From an uncultured Candidatus Saccharibacteria bacterium (GTDB lineage Bacteria > Patescibacteriota > Minisyncoccia > Phycocordibacterales > PALSA-1337): a stretch of DNA of 64,000 bases. Position 1 is the first letter of the stretch. Every line of letters begins with the position of its first letter. Shown here piece after piece: positions 28,704-38,367 of this stretch. The notes beneath the pieces are model-generated. The model had not been told where the DNA came from and ran no database searches. It saw only the letters and a list, made by a program, of their open reading frames with translations. The position numbers were made by a program, and so were the translations under genes. The stretch spans positions 853 through 64,852 of the forward strand of contig CAZYBH010000004.1 of assembly GCA_964645315.1 (NCBI GenBank), in the 5' to 3' direction.

Positions 28704-29804
28704 TTGCGATTTGTTATGAAATATTCTATTAAAAACTTAAGAAAAATAAAAATAAATCCTCATATAAGGATTCCACTTTTTCTATTTATTTTTTTACTTT
28801 TTGCTTTAATTGGTTTTAATTCAAATCAGCAACAGTTCGCCTATCAGTATTTATCGATTTCCAAACCAGTTATAGCAAAATCGATTACTACAACTAGATT
28901 AACTTCCCAAAACATCCCCCTCCCTATTGTTGCAGTCAATATCGATCCAAACCCTGAGAAAAAGTACGAAATCATCCCTGTGGTCGGTGGCAAAACCCTT
29001 GCTTCTGATTTGGCCAGTGCAAATATCAATCAAAATGATTCAAATATTATTAGCGTGTATACAGTAAGAGAGGGAGATACGATTGATAGCATCGCAAAAA
29101 TGTTTGGTGTTTCTGTGAACACTATTATTTGGGCAAATGATTTGGTCAATAAAAAAGATATTAAAGTTGGCGATAATATTACTATCCTTCCAGTCTCTGG
29201 TATCAAGTATTCAATAAAAAAGGGTGACAATATCGAGTCAATTGCCAAGAAATATAATGCAGATATCGATGAAATTTATAAATTCAATGATTTGGATAAA
29301 AATACCAAGCTATCGATCGGTATGAGTATTATTATCCCAGATGCTGAATTATCTTTTGGATCAAATGGAGTTGTCCGTGCTTTGAATGGCATGATCGTCC
29401 CAGATGATCCTCTTTTGGTTAATGTTCGAAAACTAGCTGATCTTGAAGATTATTATTCTTGCCCAGTTGTAGGAAGGTTGACTCAGGGATTACACGGTAG
29501 AAATTCGGTTGATTTGGGTGCACCGATAGGTACAGCAGTACACGCTTCCGCAGAAGGAAGTGTTACGGTTAGCAAAAATTCTGGTTGGAATGGAGGTTAC
29601 GGTAATTTCGTTGTAATCTCTCATCAAAACGGCACCCAAACTCTTTATGCTCATATGCAAAAATCAGTTGTATCGATCGGTGATAAAGTAAAAAGCGGTG
29701 ATATTATAGGCTATGTCGGTGTTTCTGGTATGACGACTGGTCCGCATCTTCATTTCGAAGTTAGAGGAGCAAAGAATCCTTTTGCGGGCAAAAAGTGTAT
29801 ATAA
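28704..29804 (+). CDS. Peptidoglycan endopeptidase: signal/TM anchor + 2x LysM + M23 (LytM) peptidase domain
   Basis: Two LysM repeats (YTVREGDTIDSIAKMFGVSVNTIIWANDL; YSIKKGDNIESIAKKYNADIDEIYKFNDL) and the M23 metal-binding motifs HxxxD ... HLHFEVR. Confidence 0.85.
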   Translation: MRFVMKYSIKNLRKIKINPHIRIPLFLFIFLLFALIGFNSNQQQFAYQYLSISKPVIAKSITTTRLTSQNIPLPIVAVNIDPNPEKKYEIIPVVGGKTLASDLASANINQNDSNIISVYTVREGDTIDSIAKMFGVSVNTIIWANDLVNKKDIKVGDNITILPVSGIKYSIKKGDNIESIAKKYNADIDEIYKFNDLDKNTKLSIGMSIIIPDAELSFGSNGVVRALNGMIVPDDPLLVNVRKLADLEDYYSCPVVGRLTQGLHGRNSVDLGAPIGTAVHASAEGSVTVSKNSGWNGGYGNFVVISHQNGTQTLYAHMQKSVVSIGDKVKSGDIIGYVGVSGMTTGPHLHFEVRGAKNPFAGKKCI

Positions 29805-29806
29805 AT

Positions 29807-31324
29807 TTAGATATTAGTCCTATATTGTAATGCTTCTAAAATATGATTTGTACCGACGATGGGTACACCTTCAAGATCGGCTATGGTCCTGGCTACTTTC
29901 ATAATGCGATGAAATGTTCTACCAGATAAATTTAGTTTTTGTCCATATTGGATCAGAATATTTCGGGCATCATTTTCCAAAATAATTGCCTTTTCCATTT
30001 CGCTACTGCTTATCTCAGAATTGTAATTTTTGACTATTCCTAGTTGCTTGAATCTCTCTTTTTGGATATTTCTTGCTATGGCAATCCTTTGTCTTACGGT
30101 CTTAGAATCTTCATTCGAATTGTTTGTTGCACCAAGTTTGTCATAATCTACTTTGTCTACATTGATCCAGAGATCGATGCGATCTTTGATCGGCCCCGAA
30201 ATCTTCTTTGAGTATCTTTCGAGTGAGGCTTTTGTACAGGTACAACCGGTATTGGTCGGTCTTCCGCAAGGACATGGATTCATCGATATTATAAGGATGC
30301 ATTGTGCTGGAAATGTAACACTACCCCTGGCACGGGATATTGTTATTTCACGATTTTCGAGAGGCTGTCTTAGGGCTTCGATAACATTTTGTTCAAATTC
30401 TGGAAATTCATCTAGAAATAACACTCCTCTATGAGCAAGAGTAAGTTCTCCTGGTTTGGGTATATTGCCACCACCGACTATTGCTGGATATGAAGCGGTA
30501 TGATGGGGTGCACGAAATGGTGGTCGTATGATCAGATTTGAATTGCTGTGATTTGTGATGGAATGAATGCCGGTAACTTCTATTGATTGGTGATAGTCTA
30601 GGTCAGGGAGAATAGATTGGAAACATTGTGCAAGAAGTGTCTTGCCTGTACCTGGAGGTCCGTACAAAGCTATATTGTGAGCACCGGCTCCAGCTATCTC
30701 CAATCCCCTCTTTGCGCTTTCATTGCCTCGCACGGTACTTATATCAAAACGATCTTTGTTGTCGCTAGAAATATTTGGATTGAATATTATTTTATCAATA
30801 GACGATATACCCTTTAGATGGTTTATGACTTCATTTATGTCTTCAGCTGGGTATATGTCAATATTGTCTATCAGGCTAGCTTCCAAACTATTTGATTTAG
30901 GAATTATTGCACAAGTAAAACCGAGGTTTTGTATAGCGGATAGTATAGGTAAAATACCGCTTATTCTATTTATTTTGCCTTCAAGAGATAGTTCTCCAAG
31001 AAATATAATGTTGCCTGAATCAAAACCTATGTCTCCCGAGACCTTGAGGTAGGCCATGGTCATACCAAGGTCAAAAGATGATCCTTCTTTGCGAATGTCT
31101 GCTGGACCAAGAGATATAATGATCTTTTCGTTCTTTTGTTTGGGTGAAGTAAAACCACTATTTTTGATACTAGCACTAATGCGGTCTTTTGCCTCTTCGA
31201 TCGAACGGTCGCCTAGTCCAACTATAGAAAATGAATGAAGACCTTTTGAAATGTCTACTTCAATTGTAATAATCTCAGTTTCTAATCCAATAACTTGGGC
31301 GCTATATGTTTTTGCAATACTCAT
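29807..31324 (-). CDS. comM: YifB/ComM family Mg-chelatase-like AAA+ ATPase
   Basis: N-terminal Lon-like domain; Walker A LYGPPGTGKTLLAQ; Walker B VLFLDEFPEF; typical ~505 aa. Confidence 0.9.
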   Translation of the reverse strand: MSIAKTYSAQVIGLETEIITIEVDISKGLHSFSIVGLGDRSIEEAKDRISASIKNSGFTSPKQKNEKIIISLGPADIRKEGSSFDLGMTMAYLKVSGDIGFDSGNIIFLGELSLEGKINRISGILPILSAIQNLGFTCAIIPKSNSLEASLIDNIDIYPAEDINEVINHLKGISSIDKIIFNPNISSDNKDRFDISTVRGNESAKRGLEIAGAGAHNIALYGPPGTGKTLLAQCFQSILPDLDYHQSIEVTGIHSITNHSNSNLIIRPPFRAPHHTASYPAIVGGGNIPKPGELTLAHRGVLFLDEFPEFEQNVIEALRQPLENREITISRARGSVTFPAQCILIISMNPCPCGRPTNTGCTCTKASLERYSKKISGPIKDRIDLWINVDKVDYDKLGATNNSNEDSKTVRQRIAIARNIQKERFKQLGIVKNYNSEISSSEMEKAIILENDARNILIQYGQKLNLSGRTFHRIMKVARTIADLEGVPIVGTNHILEALQYRTNI

Positions 31325-31386
31325 TACCCAATCATACTATTGTCGTATGAAAAAATAATGAAAAACTTATTAAGAAAAGATAAAAT

Positions 31387-31734
31387 CTATTTTAGGGCAA
31401 GGCGAGCTGATGGATTTGCTTCCAATCTTTCTCTTGGAATTGGTTTGTTTGTAACTTCATCCAAACCATAAGTACCCTTTGATATCCTGTCCAATGCATC
31501 GTTGACCTCTGAGAGTTGTTTTTGGAGTTTGTCTACTAGACCCTTATTTGTCTCGTATTCTTCAAATTTGTCAGCGACTTCATTTTCGTCAGCGGAATCA
31601 ACCTCAATCTCACCGGATGTAGCTTCCCAGCCCTGACCAGGTTCGTTTGTGGCGACTTCACCAAGCTCTTCTTCGAGCTCTTTCTTCTCGTCTAGTAGTC
31701 GTTTTTTGAAATATTCGAGGTCTTTTTTATTCAT
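31387..31734 (-). CDS. DksA/TraR-family protein lacking the zinc-finger cysteines
   Basis: Coiled-coil N-terminal region; C-terminal GTYGLDEVTNKPIPRERLEANPSARLALK aligns with the DksA C4 region, but all four Cys are absent. Confidence 0.55.
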   Translation of the reverse strand: MNKKDLEYFKKRLLDEKKELEEELGEVATNEPGQGWEATSGEIEVDSADENEVADKFEEYETNKGLVDKLQKQLSEVNDALDRISKGTYGLDEVTNKPIPRERLEANPSARLALK

Positions 31735-31743
31735 GCCTTTATT

Positions 31744-33510
31744 CTATCGAACAAAAGCATTTTTTTCAAGCCTTAAAATTATATTTTCGAGAGCTTGTTC
31801 ATCGTTGGTAATTATAAGCTTATCGTTGCTCAAGAATGAGTAAAGAAAGATAATATGGTCATTTTCGGATATATATTCACGAACGTCCTTATTGCGTACT
31901 ATCTTGTCTTTGTAGCTACCTTTTAGGGTAAATTGGGTGGTATTGTCAAATAAGAAGTCTTTGAGGTCTTCTGGAATGTTCTTTTCCCATTCGATCATGC
32001 CGGCAAATGTATTTTGGAAGAAATTGTTTGTTGTAATAGCGAAGAAATTCTTTTGACCACCAATACCATTGTAGACACCGAGCATATAATCTTCGGTAAG
32101 AGATCTGGTGATAAGGCTTGGAGCGTCTATTTTCAAGATTTCCTGTAATTCACTGGCCGTAGCCTTTCTTATTGTATTATTTTCATTTTTTGTTGGTATG
32201 ATCTCTTCTATGGTATTTTCTTGGCCGACTTTGTCTATCTGATTTCGGATCGAAGTAATAATTTGATTTTTATTTTTGGCATCGATAGATATCTTAGTTT
32301 GCTTATCTGCTGGAAAAATAGAATTTGTGGCAATAACATTTGGATTTGAAGCTGTAGTTGGCTTTGGAGAAGTAAATTGAACCAATGAAAGAGGGCTTTT
32401 TTTGTAGAGATAATATCCTGCATAAGCACCACCAGCTATTAGTGCAAGGCTAATAATGATCAAAATAATATTTCTAAAAACATGAGAATCTTGCTTTCTC
32501 TCTGATTCTGGCGCTTTTGCATTTTTCAAATAGTCATTTTTTGCTACAAATGAGGCATTTGGACTAAGGGGAGCTTTTGCTACTGGATTTTGTGGAATAG
32601 GATTAGGATTTAGATTTCTTGCGGGATTTGAATTTTGACTCTGCAAAAAGTTTTCTATTGATGATGCTGGCTTGTCCGAATTGTTTGGATTTGAAAATAG
32701 TGGATTTGATGGTTTCTTTGCTATAGGCATATTGTCTGCAATAGAATTGCTTCTAGGTATAGCAAAACTACTCAAGGTATTTGGTAGAGGTTTTTCGATA
32801 TTGTTTTGTACTTGAACTTCTTTATGGACTTCTTCTTTCTTTTGTTCGGCTATAATGGCTGATGTTGTGGTAATGCGCTTTCTAGCCATAGCTTCGGCAA
32901 AATCGGTCTCATATGTCCTAAGAGGTCGTAACTTACTATCCTTCTTCCCTTCATAAGGACGGGGTGGGATTGTGGCTGGGGTTTTTTGGTCTGGGCTAAG
33001 TTTGATAGATGAAACTGCATCTTGAAGGTTCGAAGGTTCGGTCTTATTTGGCTCAACAAATTCTTTATTGAAAGATATTTTGTTCATACCAATAGTCTTT
33101 GCAGGAGGGTTTGCTGGACCGAAGCTAGGGACTGGTTCAACGGTGTTATTTTGCAATTGACCAGTAAAGCCGGTAGGCTTTTGATTTTCAACAATTTTGT
33201 CTATGGTCAATTCGGTAAGTTGTGGGGCGCTCTGATCTTTTTGATTTGAAGGTGGGAGGACGGTGACTTTGCCTAGATTTTTCTCAGAAATGTCGACTAT
33301 ATTTGGAATATTGACCTTTTCTTGAGGCAAATTGCTTGGTATTGGAGTCGGTGCATTTTGATTTTCTTCATCTTTGACTGGAGAAATATTGAGATCGGGG
33401 GTTATGTCGAAAACTCTCGAACTTGCCGGATTGTCGGATTTCGATTCTTCACTATCAGCATCTGTAGATGTCATATCCTGAGCTCGAACTTTTGAGATAT
33501 CATCGTTCAT
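31744..33510 (-). CDS. Bitopic protein: ~330-aa Pro/Asn/Ser-rich disordered cytoplasmic region, single TM (IILIIISLALIAGGAYAGYYLY), ~190-aa extracytoplasmic domain
   Basis: Composition and hydropathy only; no catalytic motifs. Confidence 0.5.
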   Translation of the reverse strand: MNDDISKVRAQDMTSTDADSEESKSDNPASSRVFDITPDLNISPVKDEENQNAPTPIPSNLPQEKVNIPNIVDISEKNLGKVTVLPPSNQKDQSAPQLTELTIDKIVENQKPTGFTGQLQNNTVEPVPSFGPANPPAKTIGMNKISFNKEFVEPNKTEPSNLQDAVSSIKLSPDQKTPATIPPRPYEGKKDSKLRPLRTYETDFAEAMARKRITTTSAIIAEQKKEEVHKEVQVQNNIEKPLPNTLSSFAIPRSNSIADNMPIAKKPSNPLFSNPNNSDKPASSIENFLQSQNSNPARNLNPNPIPQNPVAKAPLSPNASFVAKNDYLKNAKAPESERKQDSHVFRNIILIIISLALIAGGAYAGYYLYKKSPLSLVQFTSPKPTTASNPNVIATNSIFPADKQTKISIDAKNKNQIITSIRNQIDKVGQENTIEEIIPTKNENNTIRKATASELQEILKIDAPSLITRSLTEDYMLGVYNGIGGQKNFFAITTNNFFQNTFAGMIEWEKNIPEDLKDFLFDNTTQFTLKGSYKDKIVRNKDVREYISENDHIIFLYSFLSNDKLIITNDEQALENIILRLEKNAFVR

Positions 33511-33560
33511 CTCTTAATTATATCAGATAGTTTTATTTCTGAAGAATTTTTGTGGATACT

Positions 33561-35696
33561 TTAGAACTTTTTGTGTGGTGCTCTAGGCTTCGGAGTCTCT
33601 TCCTTTTTTGTAAAGAAGTTTGAATCTGCGGATTTGATGGATAGATTTAGTCTGCCCTTCTCGTCTTTTTCTTTTACGACAACTGGGACTTTGTCTCCTT
33701 CTTTGAGGTATGTTTCTACTCTTTCTACTCTAAATGGTGCTATTTCGGAAACATGAACCAAGCCTTCTGCATTTGGACCAATCTTTACGAATGCTCCGAA
33801 ATCCATCATCTTGACCACTTCCCCTTCGAACCTTTCACCGGGCAAATACTCTCTTGTCATGCCGTATATAATATCCTTGGCTTTTTGAGCGGTTTCATTC
33901 TTGCCAGTAATGAAGACGGTACCATCGTCTTCTATCGTAATATCTTCTACTTGAGTAACTTCTCTAATTTCATTTATAGTTTTACCACCAGTACCGATAA
34001 CGAGACCGATTTGATCGACTTTGATCTTCATCACGATGATTTCTGGTGCATTTGGTGAAATCTTCTCTCTTGGTTTGCTTATCTCCTTTTCGATAACATC
34101 AAGAATCCTTAGTCTTGCACTTTTTGCTTTTTCGAAGGCTTCGCTAAGTATTTTGAGTGGTATTCCACCGACTTTGACATCCATCTGGACTGCAGTGACT
34201 CCATCTCTTGTGCCCGCAACTTTGAAATCCATATCACCATGATGATCTTCTGGACCTTGAATATCGGTAAGAACCTTGTACTCTTTGTCATTTTTCATCA
34301 TAAGTCCAGAAGCGATACCTGCTACCGGAGCCTTGATAGGTACACCACCGTCCATAAGAGCTAGTGTAGAACCGCAAACCGAACCCATCGATGTTGAACC
34401 ATTTGAAGCTAGAGCTTCTGATACAAGACGGATTGTATATGGAAATACTTCTTTGTCTGGTATCACTGCTTGCAAAGCTTTTTCTGCCAAAGCGCCGTGG
34501 CCGATCATTCTTCTATTTGTACCACCCATCCTTCCCACTTCACCAGTCGAAAATGGTGGAAAATTGTAATGATGCATGAATCGCTTATTTTCTTGGACTG
34601 TTAGACCATCAATGAGTAGAGCATCTCCTGGTGATCCCAAAGTGAGAATAGAAAGAACGTGAGTACCTCCACGATAAAACGTACCCGCTCCATGAATAAT
34701 CGGTGAAATACCGCCAGCTTTTGCAAAAAGTGGTCTTATCTCATCCATAGTACGTCCATCAGGTCTACGATTGTTATTTATAGCTTGTTCGTGTAGCAAA
34801 TCATTGACCGCTTCATCGAAAATCATCATAGCCATGCCTAGATTTCCTTCTGGGAAGTTTTGTATGAATACTTTTTCCCATTTATCGGTTATTTCTTCTA
34901 GTTTTTTCTTGCCCGGTCCACTGAAAACATAATCAGGTAAGTCATTTTTGATTTCTTTATCAAATAGTTCTCTAGTACCAGGAGTCTCTTCGGGCAATTG
35001 GACCTGTCTTTTTGTCTTGCCTATTTCTTTTATAATATTTTTTTGCCAGACTTGAATCTTCTCTATCTCGCTACTTGCCAAAGCCAAAGCTTCGTTTATG
35101 AGATCTTCTTTTACTTCTTTACTACCAACTTCAATCATATTTATCATGCCATCTTTACCGCAAGCTATAAGATCAAGGCTAGAATCAACAGCTTCCCTGT
35201 CTTTTGTTAGAGGGTTAACGATCAAAGCTTCCTTTTTTGCAATTCTTACAGCCGAAGCGGGTCCATTCCATGGAATATCGGATGTACCAAGCGCAAGTGA
35301 TGCGGCTATTACAGAGATTGGATCAGGATCTTCTTCTCCTATAGAAATAGTAGTCACAACGACCTGTACTTCATTGCGGATTTTCTGATCAAATAAAGGG
35401 CGAATTGTACGATCGACAATTCTTCCAGAAAGTATTGCCTCCGTGGAAGGTCTACCCTCTCTTCTCATGAATCTTGAGCCTAGGATCTTACCTGTTGCAT
35501 AAAAACGCTCTTCATAATCGACAGTCAATGGGAAAAAGTCTCCGTCTTTTGGATTTTTGCCCATAACAGATGTTGCTAATATTACGGTATTGCCGTATTT
35601 CAAACTAACAGAACCGTGGCTTTGATCTGCCAAGTCATTAAATTCGGCTGTAAGTGTCTTACCTCCGATTTCTATTGAGTATTCTTTTTTTGTCAT
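33561..35696 (-). CDS. pnp: Polyribonucleotide nucleotidyltransferase (PNPase)
   Basis: Two RNase PH domains, KH and S1 C-terminal domains; motifs such as GGTNRRMIGHGALAE; 711 aa. Confidence 0.95.
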   Translation of the reverse strand: MTKKEYSIEIGGKTLTAEFNDLADQSHGSVSLKYGNTVILATSVMGKNPKDGDFFPLTVDYEERFYATGKILGSRFMRREGRPSTEAILSGRIVDRTIRPLFDQKIRNEVQVVVTTISIGEEDPDPISVIAASLALGTSDIPWNGPASAVRIAKKEALIVNPLTKDREAVDSSLDLIACGKDGMINMIEVGSKEVKEDLINEALALASSEIEKIQVWQKNIIKEIGKTKRQVQLPEETPGTRELFDKEIKNDLPDYVFSGPGKKKLEEITDKWEKVFIQNFPEGNLGMAMMIFDEAVNDLLHEQAINNNRRPDGRTMDEIRPLFAKAGGISPIIHGAGTFYRGGTHVLSILTLGSPGDALLIDGLTVQENKRFMHHYNFPPFSTGEVGRMGGTNRRMIGHGALAEKALQAVIPDKEVFPYTIRLVSEALASNGSTSMGSVCGSTLALMDGGVPIKAPVAGIASGLMMKNDKEYKVLTDIQGPEDHHGDMDFKVAGTRDGVTAVQMDVKVGGIPLKILSEAFEKAKSARLRILDVIEKEISKPREKISPNAPEIIVMKIKVDQIGLVIGTGGKTINEIREVTQVEDITIEDDGTVFITGKNETAQKAKDIIYGMTREYLPGERFEGEVVKMMDFGAFVKIGPNAEGLVHVSEIAPFRVERVETYLKEGDKVPVVVKEKDEKGRLNLSIKSADSNFFTKKEETPKPRAPHKKF

Positions 35697-35722
35697 TTTA
35701 GTATTACTACTTAATCCCTTGT

Positions 35723-35778
35723 CTCCAGATTACAGATTGCAATTTATACAAATTGCTATCAAACCTGTTTATCTGGAG
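35723..35778 (-). promoter_or_regulatory. pnp 5'-leader stem-loop (candidate RNase III / autoregulatory hairpin)
   Basis: Inverted repeat CTCCAGAT ... ATCTGGAG enclosing an inner hairpin TTGCAATTT/AAATTGC, located 27-82 nt upstream of the pnp start codon. Confidence 0.4.
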
Positions 35779-35844
35779 GCAATTATTACTAATCCAAAGA
35801 GGGTTCTTTGGTTTTATAAATTTAGCACAATATCTATATAAAGG

Positions 35845-36372
35845 CTACGACTTCTCTTTGCCTCTTATTTTCATCAAATATTTCTCTGGATGTTGGTCCA
35901 AATCCATAAAATGATCGGCCACCTCTATGAGCTTTGCTGAAGTAGATTTGCCGAAGCAGGCTACTTCTACCTGGCAACCCTGATTCATTTGGAGGAATTC
36001 TACAAGCGGTACGAAGTCTCCATCTCCTGTCACAAGTACGACAGAGTCGAGTTTTGGGGCCATCTTGACTGCATCTATAGCAAGACCGACATCCCAGTCT
36101 GCCTTCTTTGCTCCAGAACTAAATATCTGTAGATCTTTGACTTTTGTTTCGATGCCGACCTTTGTCAAAGCATCAAAAAAAGCATTTTCATCTCCTGATT
36201 CTGTAGAGATTACATAAGCGACGGCGCGGACAAGCTTCCTTCCGTCCAAGGCGTCTTTCAAAATTTGGCCAAAATTGACCTTTGAATGATAAATGTTTTT
36301 GCCACTATGATAGAGGTTTTGCGTGTCTATAAAAATGCCGACACGCTGTTCTTTATGTTTAATTATTGACAT
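35845..36372 (-). CDS. NYN-domain (LabA/DUF88, PIN-like) protein, predicted RNase-fold
   Basis: VGIFIDTQNLYHS ... VLVTGDGDFVPLVE: the conserved acidic residues of the NYN/PIN fold. It sits between rpsO and pnp. Confidence 0.7.
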   Translation of the reverse strand: MSIIKHKEQRVGIFIDTQNLYHSGKNIYHSKVNFGQILKDALDGRKLVRAVAYVISTESGDENAFFDALTKVGIETKVKDLQIFSSGAKKADWDVGLAIDAVKMAPKLDSVVLVTGDGDFVPLVEFLQMNQGCQVEVACFGKSTSAKLIEVADHFMDLDQHPEKYLMKIRGKEKS

Positions 36373-36422
36373 ATGAAAATTATTAATAACTTATTAAAAT
36401 GATTCTAATTGAATTATAGCAG

Positions 36423-36525
36423 ATTCCGCGGTGCAGGCATATTTTATTTTTATGCGCCCTGCATAACTCGCTTCGCTCAAACATGCTCGGACTCATAAAA
36501 ATAAAATATGCCTGCACCGCGGAAT
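36423..36525. repeat. Perfect 32-bp inverted repeat (arms 36423-36454 and 36494-36525) with a 39-nt spacer
   Basis: ATTCCGCGGTGCAGGCATATTTTATTTTTATG and its exact reverse complement. Read on the - strand it lies in the rpsO 3'UTR / NYN-gene 5' region. Confidence 0.8.
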
Positions 36526-36548
36526 TTATCTACTCTAGACAGATTGAA

Positions 36549-36662
36549 GTTGCGGTAATGTATATTTTTAAAAAATCTTGCGCAGGCACACAGGTGCCGA
36601 GCAAAAGGAAAAATCCTAGCAAGGATTTATTCCGGTTTTTTAAAAATATACATTAACGCAAC
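36549..36662. repeat. 27-bp inverted repeat with one mismatch (arms 36549-36575 and 36636-36662), 60-nt spacer containing two inner hairpins
   Basis: GTTGCGGTAATGTATATTTTTAAAAAA versus TTTTTTAAAAATATACATTAACGCAAC. The spacer contains AAATCCTAGCAAGGATTT and GCAGGCACACAGGTGCC stems. It starts 7 nt after the rpsO stop. Confidence 0.75.
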
Positions 36663-36668
36663 GAGAGA

Positions 36669-36935
36669 CTACTTCTTGAGGTCTAGTTTCTTGATCAAAG
36701 ATGAGTATCTTCGAGGATGATTCTTCTTGAGATAGTTGAGGTGGTTTTGACGATCTGCAACCATACCTAGCAATCCCCTTCTTGAGTGATTGTCCTTGCG
36801 ATGTTTGCGTAGATGATCGGTCAATTCGTCAATTCGCTTTGTGAGAAGAGCAATCTGCACTTCAGGAGAGCCATTGTCCTTATCGTGAATGGCTGTTTCT
36901 TTTATAATTTTGCTCTTTTGTCTTGGGGTTAACAT
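36669..36935 (-). CDS. rpsO: 30S ribosomal protein S15
   Basis: …GSPEVQIALLTKRIDELTDHLRKHRKDNHSRRGLLGMVADRQNHLNYLKK matches the S15 consensus. Start placed at MLTPRQK; the track ORF extends 24 codons further upstream. Confidence 0.9.
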   Translation of the reverse strand: MLTPRQKSKIIKETAIHDKDNGSPEVQIALLTKRIDELTDHLRKHRKDNHSRRGLLGMVADRQNHLNYLKKNHPRRYSSLIKKLDLKK

Positions 36936-37045
36936 GTGCAACATCATAGCATGAATAAAAAATAGACGCAAGGCTTCGTTTTGTCTATGCAAAAACAAAC
37001 TCGGCATCTCATTCTGATGCCGAGCTGGAAACGGTGATGTTTTGC

Positions 37046-37261
37046 CTAGTATGTTTGGCTAAACTGTTGCGTGAAGACCCTGATCGGTCCGTACCAAGAG
37101 TAGCCACCTATGTCGTTTGAGTTGAGTGGATAACTCCACGTTGTGATCCACACAAGTCCATCGGACACATTCCTTCCGAGATCGGTAATAATATGCCTCA
37201 TTCCTTTGCCTGCTCCCGGGCCGTTATACTGCCAAACCTGACCTTGTTTTATTTCATTCAT
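37046..37261 (-). CDS. Small conserved-looking protein (71 aa), unknown function
   Basis: ORF only; Gly/Trp/Tyr-rich (QGQVWQYNGPGAGKG...GLVWITTWSYP); no motif recognised. Confidence 0.3.
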   Translation of the reverse strand: MNEIKQGQVWQYNGPGAGKGMRHIITDLGRNVSDGLVWITTWSYPLNSNDIGGYSWYGPIRVFTQQFSQTY

Positions 37262-37325
37262 CTAAATAGCAGTATATTCAAATTTATTTAATTGGCAATA
37301 TAAAAAAATTAAAATATCGTATAAT

Positions 37326-38249
37326 ATGAACATGTCGCACAATATCGAGGAAGCAAAACAGCAATTTTTGGAATATGTTGAGATAGAAAAAGGCCGATCT
37401 TTGAATACGGTTCGCAATTATGATCAGTACTTGACCCGTTTTATAGACTATACAAAACTCAAAAACGCCGAGGATATTACAGAAAAAGTTGTGCGAGAGT
37501 TCCATCTATGGCTCAATAGACAACTAAGTGACAAAAAGCAAAAGACGACCCTAAAAAGAAAAACTCAAAACTATTATCTAATTGCTTTACGATCCTTCCT
37601 CAAATTTCTTGCAAAAAGAGGTATAAAATCCCTTTCTCCAGAACATATAGAATTAGCTAAGGTTGGTGAAAGACCTCTCGATCTGATATCAGGTGAAGAG
37701 CTAAAAAGGTTGATGAATTCGTCAAATGGTCAGGATCTTAAGTCTTTGCGTGATAAAGCTATATTGGAATTACTATTTTCTACTGGTTTGCGTGTATCCG
37801 AGCTTTGTTCCCTATCTAGAGATGTAGATATTGATGCAGATGAATTATCGATAAGAGGCAAAGGTGAGAAAATTCGAGTGGTTTTCATTTCTCCTGAAGC
37901 TAGAAAGGCAGTCAAAGAATATTTGAATAAAAGAGCAGATATAGACGACGCTTTATTTATTAGGATGAATCGTGAAGAAGCAAAAGGTGGTGATATGGCT
38001 CTAGATACCCGTTCGGTACAGAGGATTATCAAGCAATGCGCCATTAAGGCCGGTATTTCAAAAAAAGTTACTCCTCACGTAATTCGCCATTGTTTTGCCA
38101 CTGACCTACTATCAAATGGAGCCGATCTACGCTCTGTACAGATGCTTTTGGGTCATTCAAATATAAGTACGACGCAGATATATACTCATATAACAGATTC
38201 GGAACTCAAAAGGGTTCATAAGCAGTTTCATAATAAAAAACGGGGGTAA
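37326..38249 (+). CDS. xerD: Tyrosine site-specific recombinase XerC/XerD family
   Basis: Core-binding N-domain; catalytic R...HxxR...Y motifs: LRVSELCSL, HVIRHCFATDLLSNGADLRSVQMLLGHSNISTTQIYTH. Confidence 0.9.
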   Translation: MNMSHNIEEAKQQFLEYVEIEKGRSLNTVRNYDQYLTRFIDYTKLKNAEDITEKVVREFHLWLNRQLSDKKQKTTLKRKTQNYYLIALRSFLKFLAKRGIKSLSPEHIELAKVGERPLDLISGEELKRLMNSSNGQDLKSLRDKAILELLFSTGLRVSELCSLSRDVDIDADELSIRGKGEKIRVVFISPEARKAVKEYLNKRADIDDALFIRMNREEAKGGDMALDTRSVQRIIKQCAIKAGISKKVTPHVIRHCFATDLLSNGADLRSVQMLLGHSNISTTQIYTHITDSELKRVHKQFHNKKRG

Positions 38250-38315
38250 TTACGCAGGTTGCACCTCTACAAATAATATTTATTCAGGGCTTTATTTATT
38301 AGCAAACAAAAAAGG

Positions 38316-38340
38316 GACCGGTCGTATAGACCAGTCCCTG
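38316..38340. terminator. Bidirectional intrinsic terminator between convergent xerD and the 38368-38817 gene
   Basis: GGGACCGGTC-gtata-GACCAGTCCC hairpin preceded by an A-run. Confidence 0.5.
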
Positions 38341-38367
38341 TGTGGCTTTCAGTGAGATCTTCAACTC

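Noticed and set aside
36423-36662. Inverted repeats as IS/MITE termini
   Set aside because: There is no transposase ORF. The arms are separated by only 39-60 nt, and the two inverted repeats differ in sequence. A hairpin-RNA or palindromic-element interpretation is preferred, but multi-copy status cannot be checked from this window alone.
37326-38249. Tyrosine recombinase as integrase of a mobile element
   Set aside because: Its size and motifs match the housekeeping XerC/D type. No flanking direct repeats, no attachment-site-like tRNA truncation and no cargo genes were noticed nearby, so it is called xerC/D.
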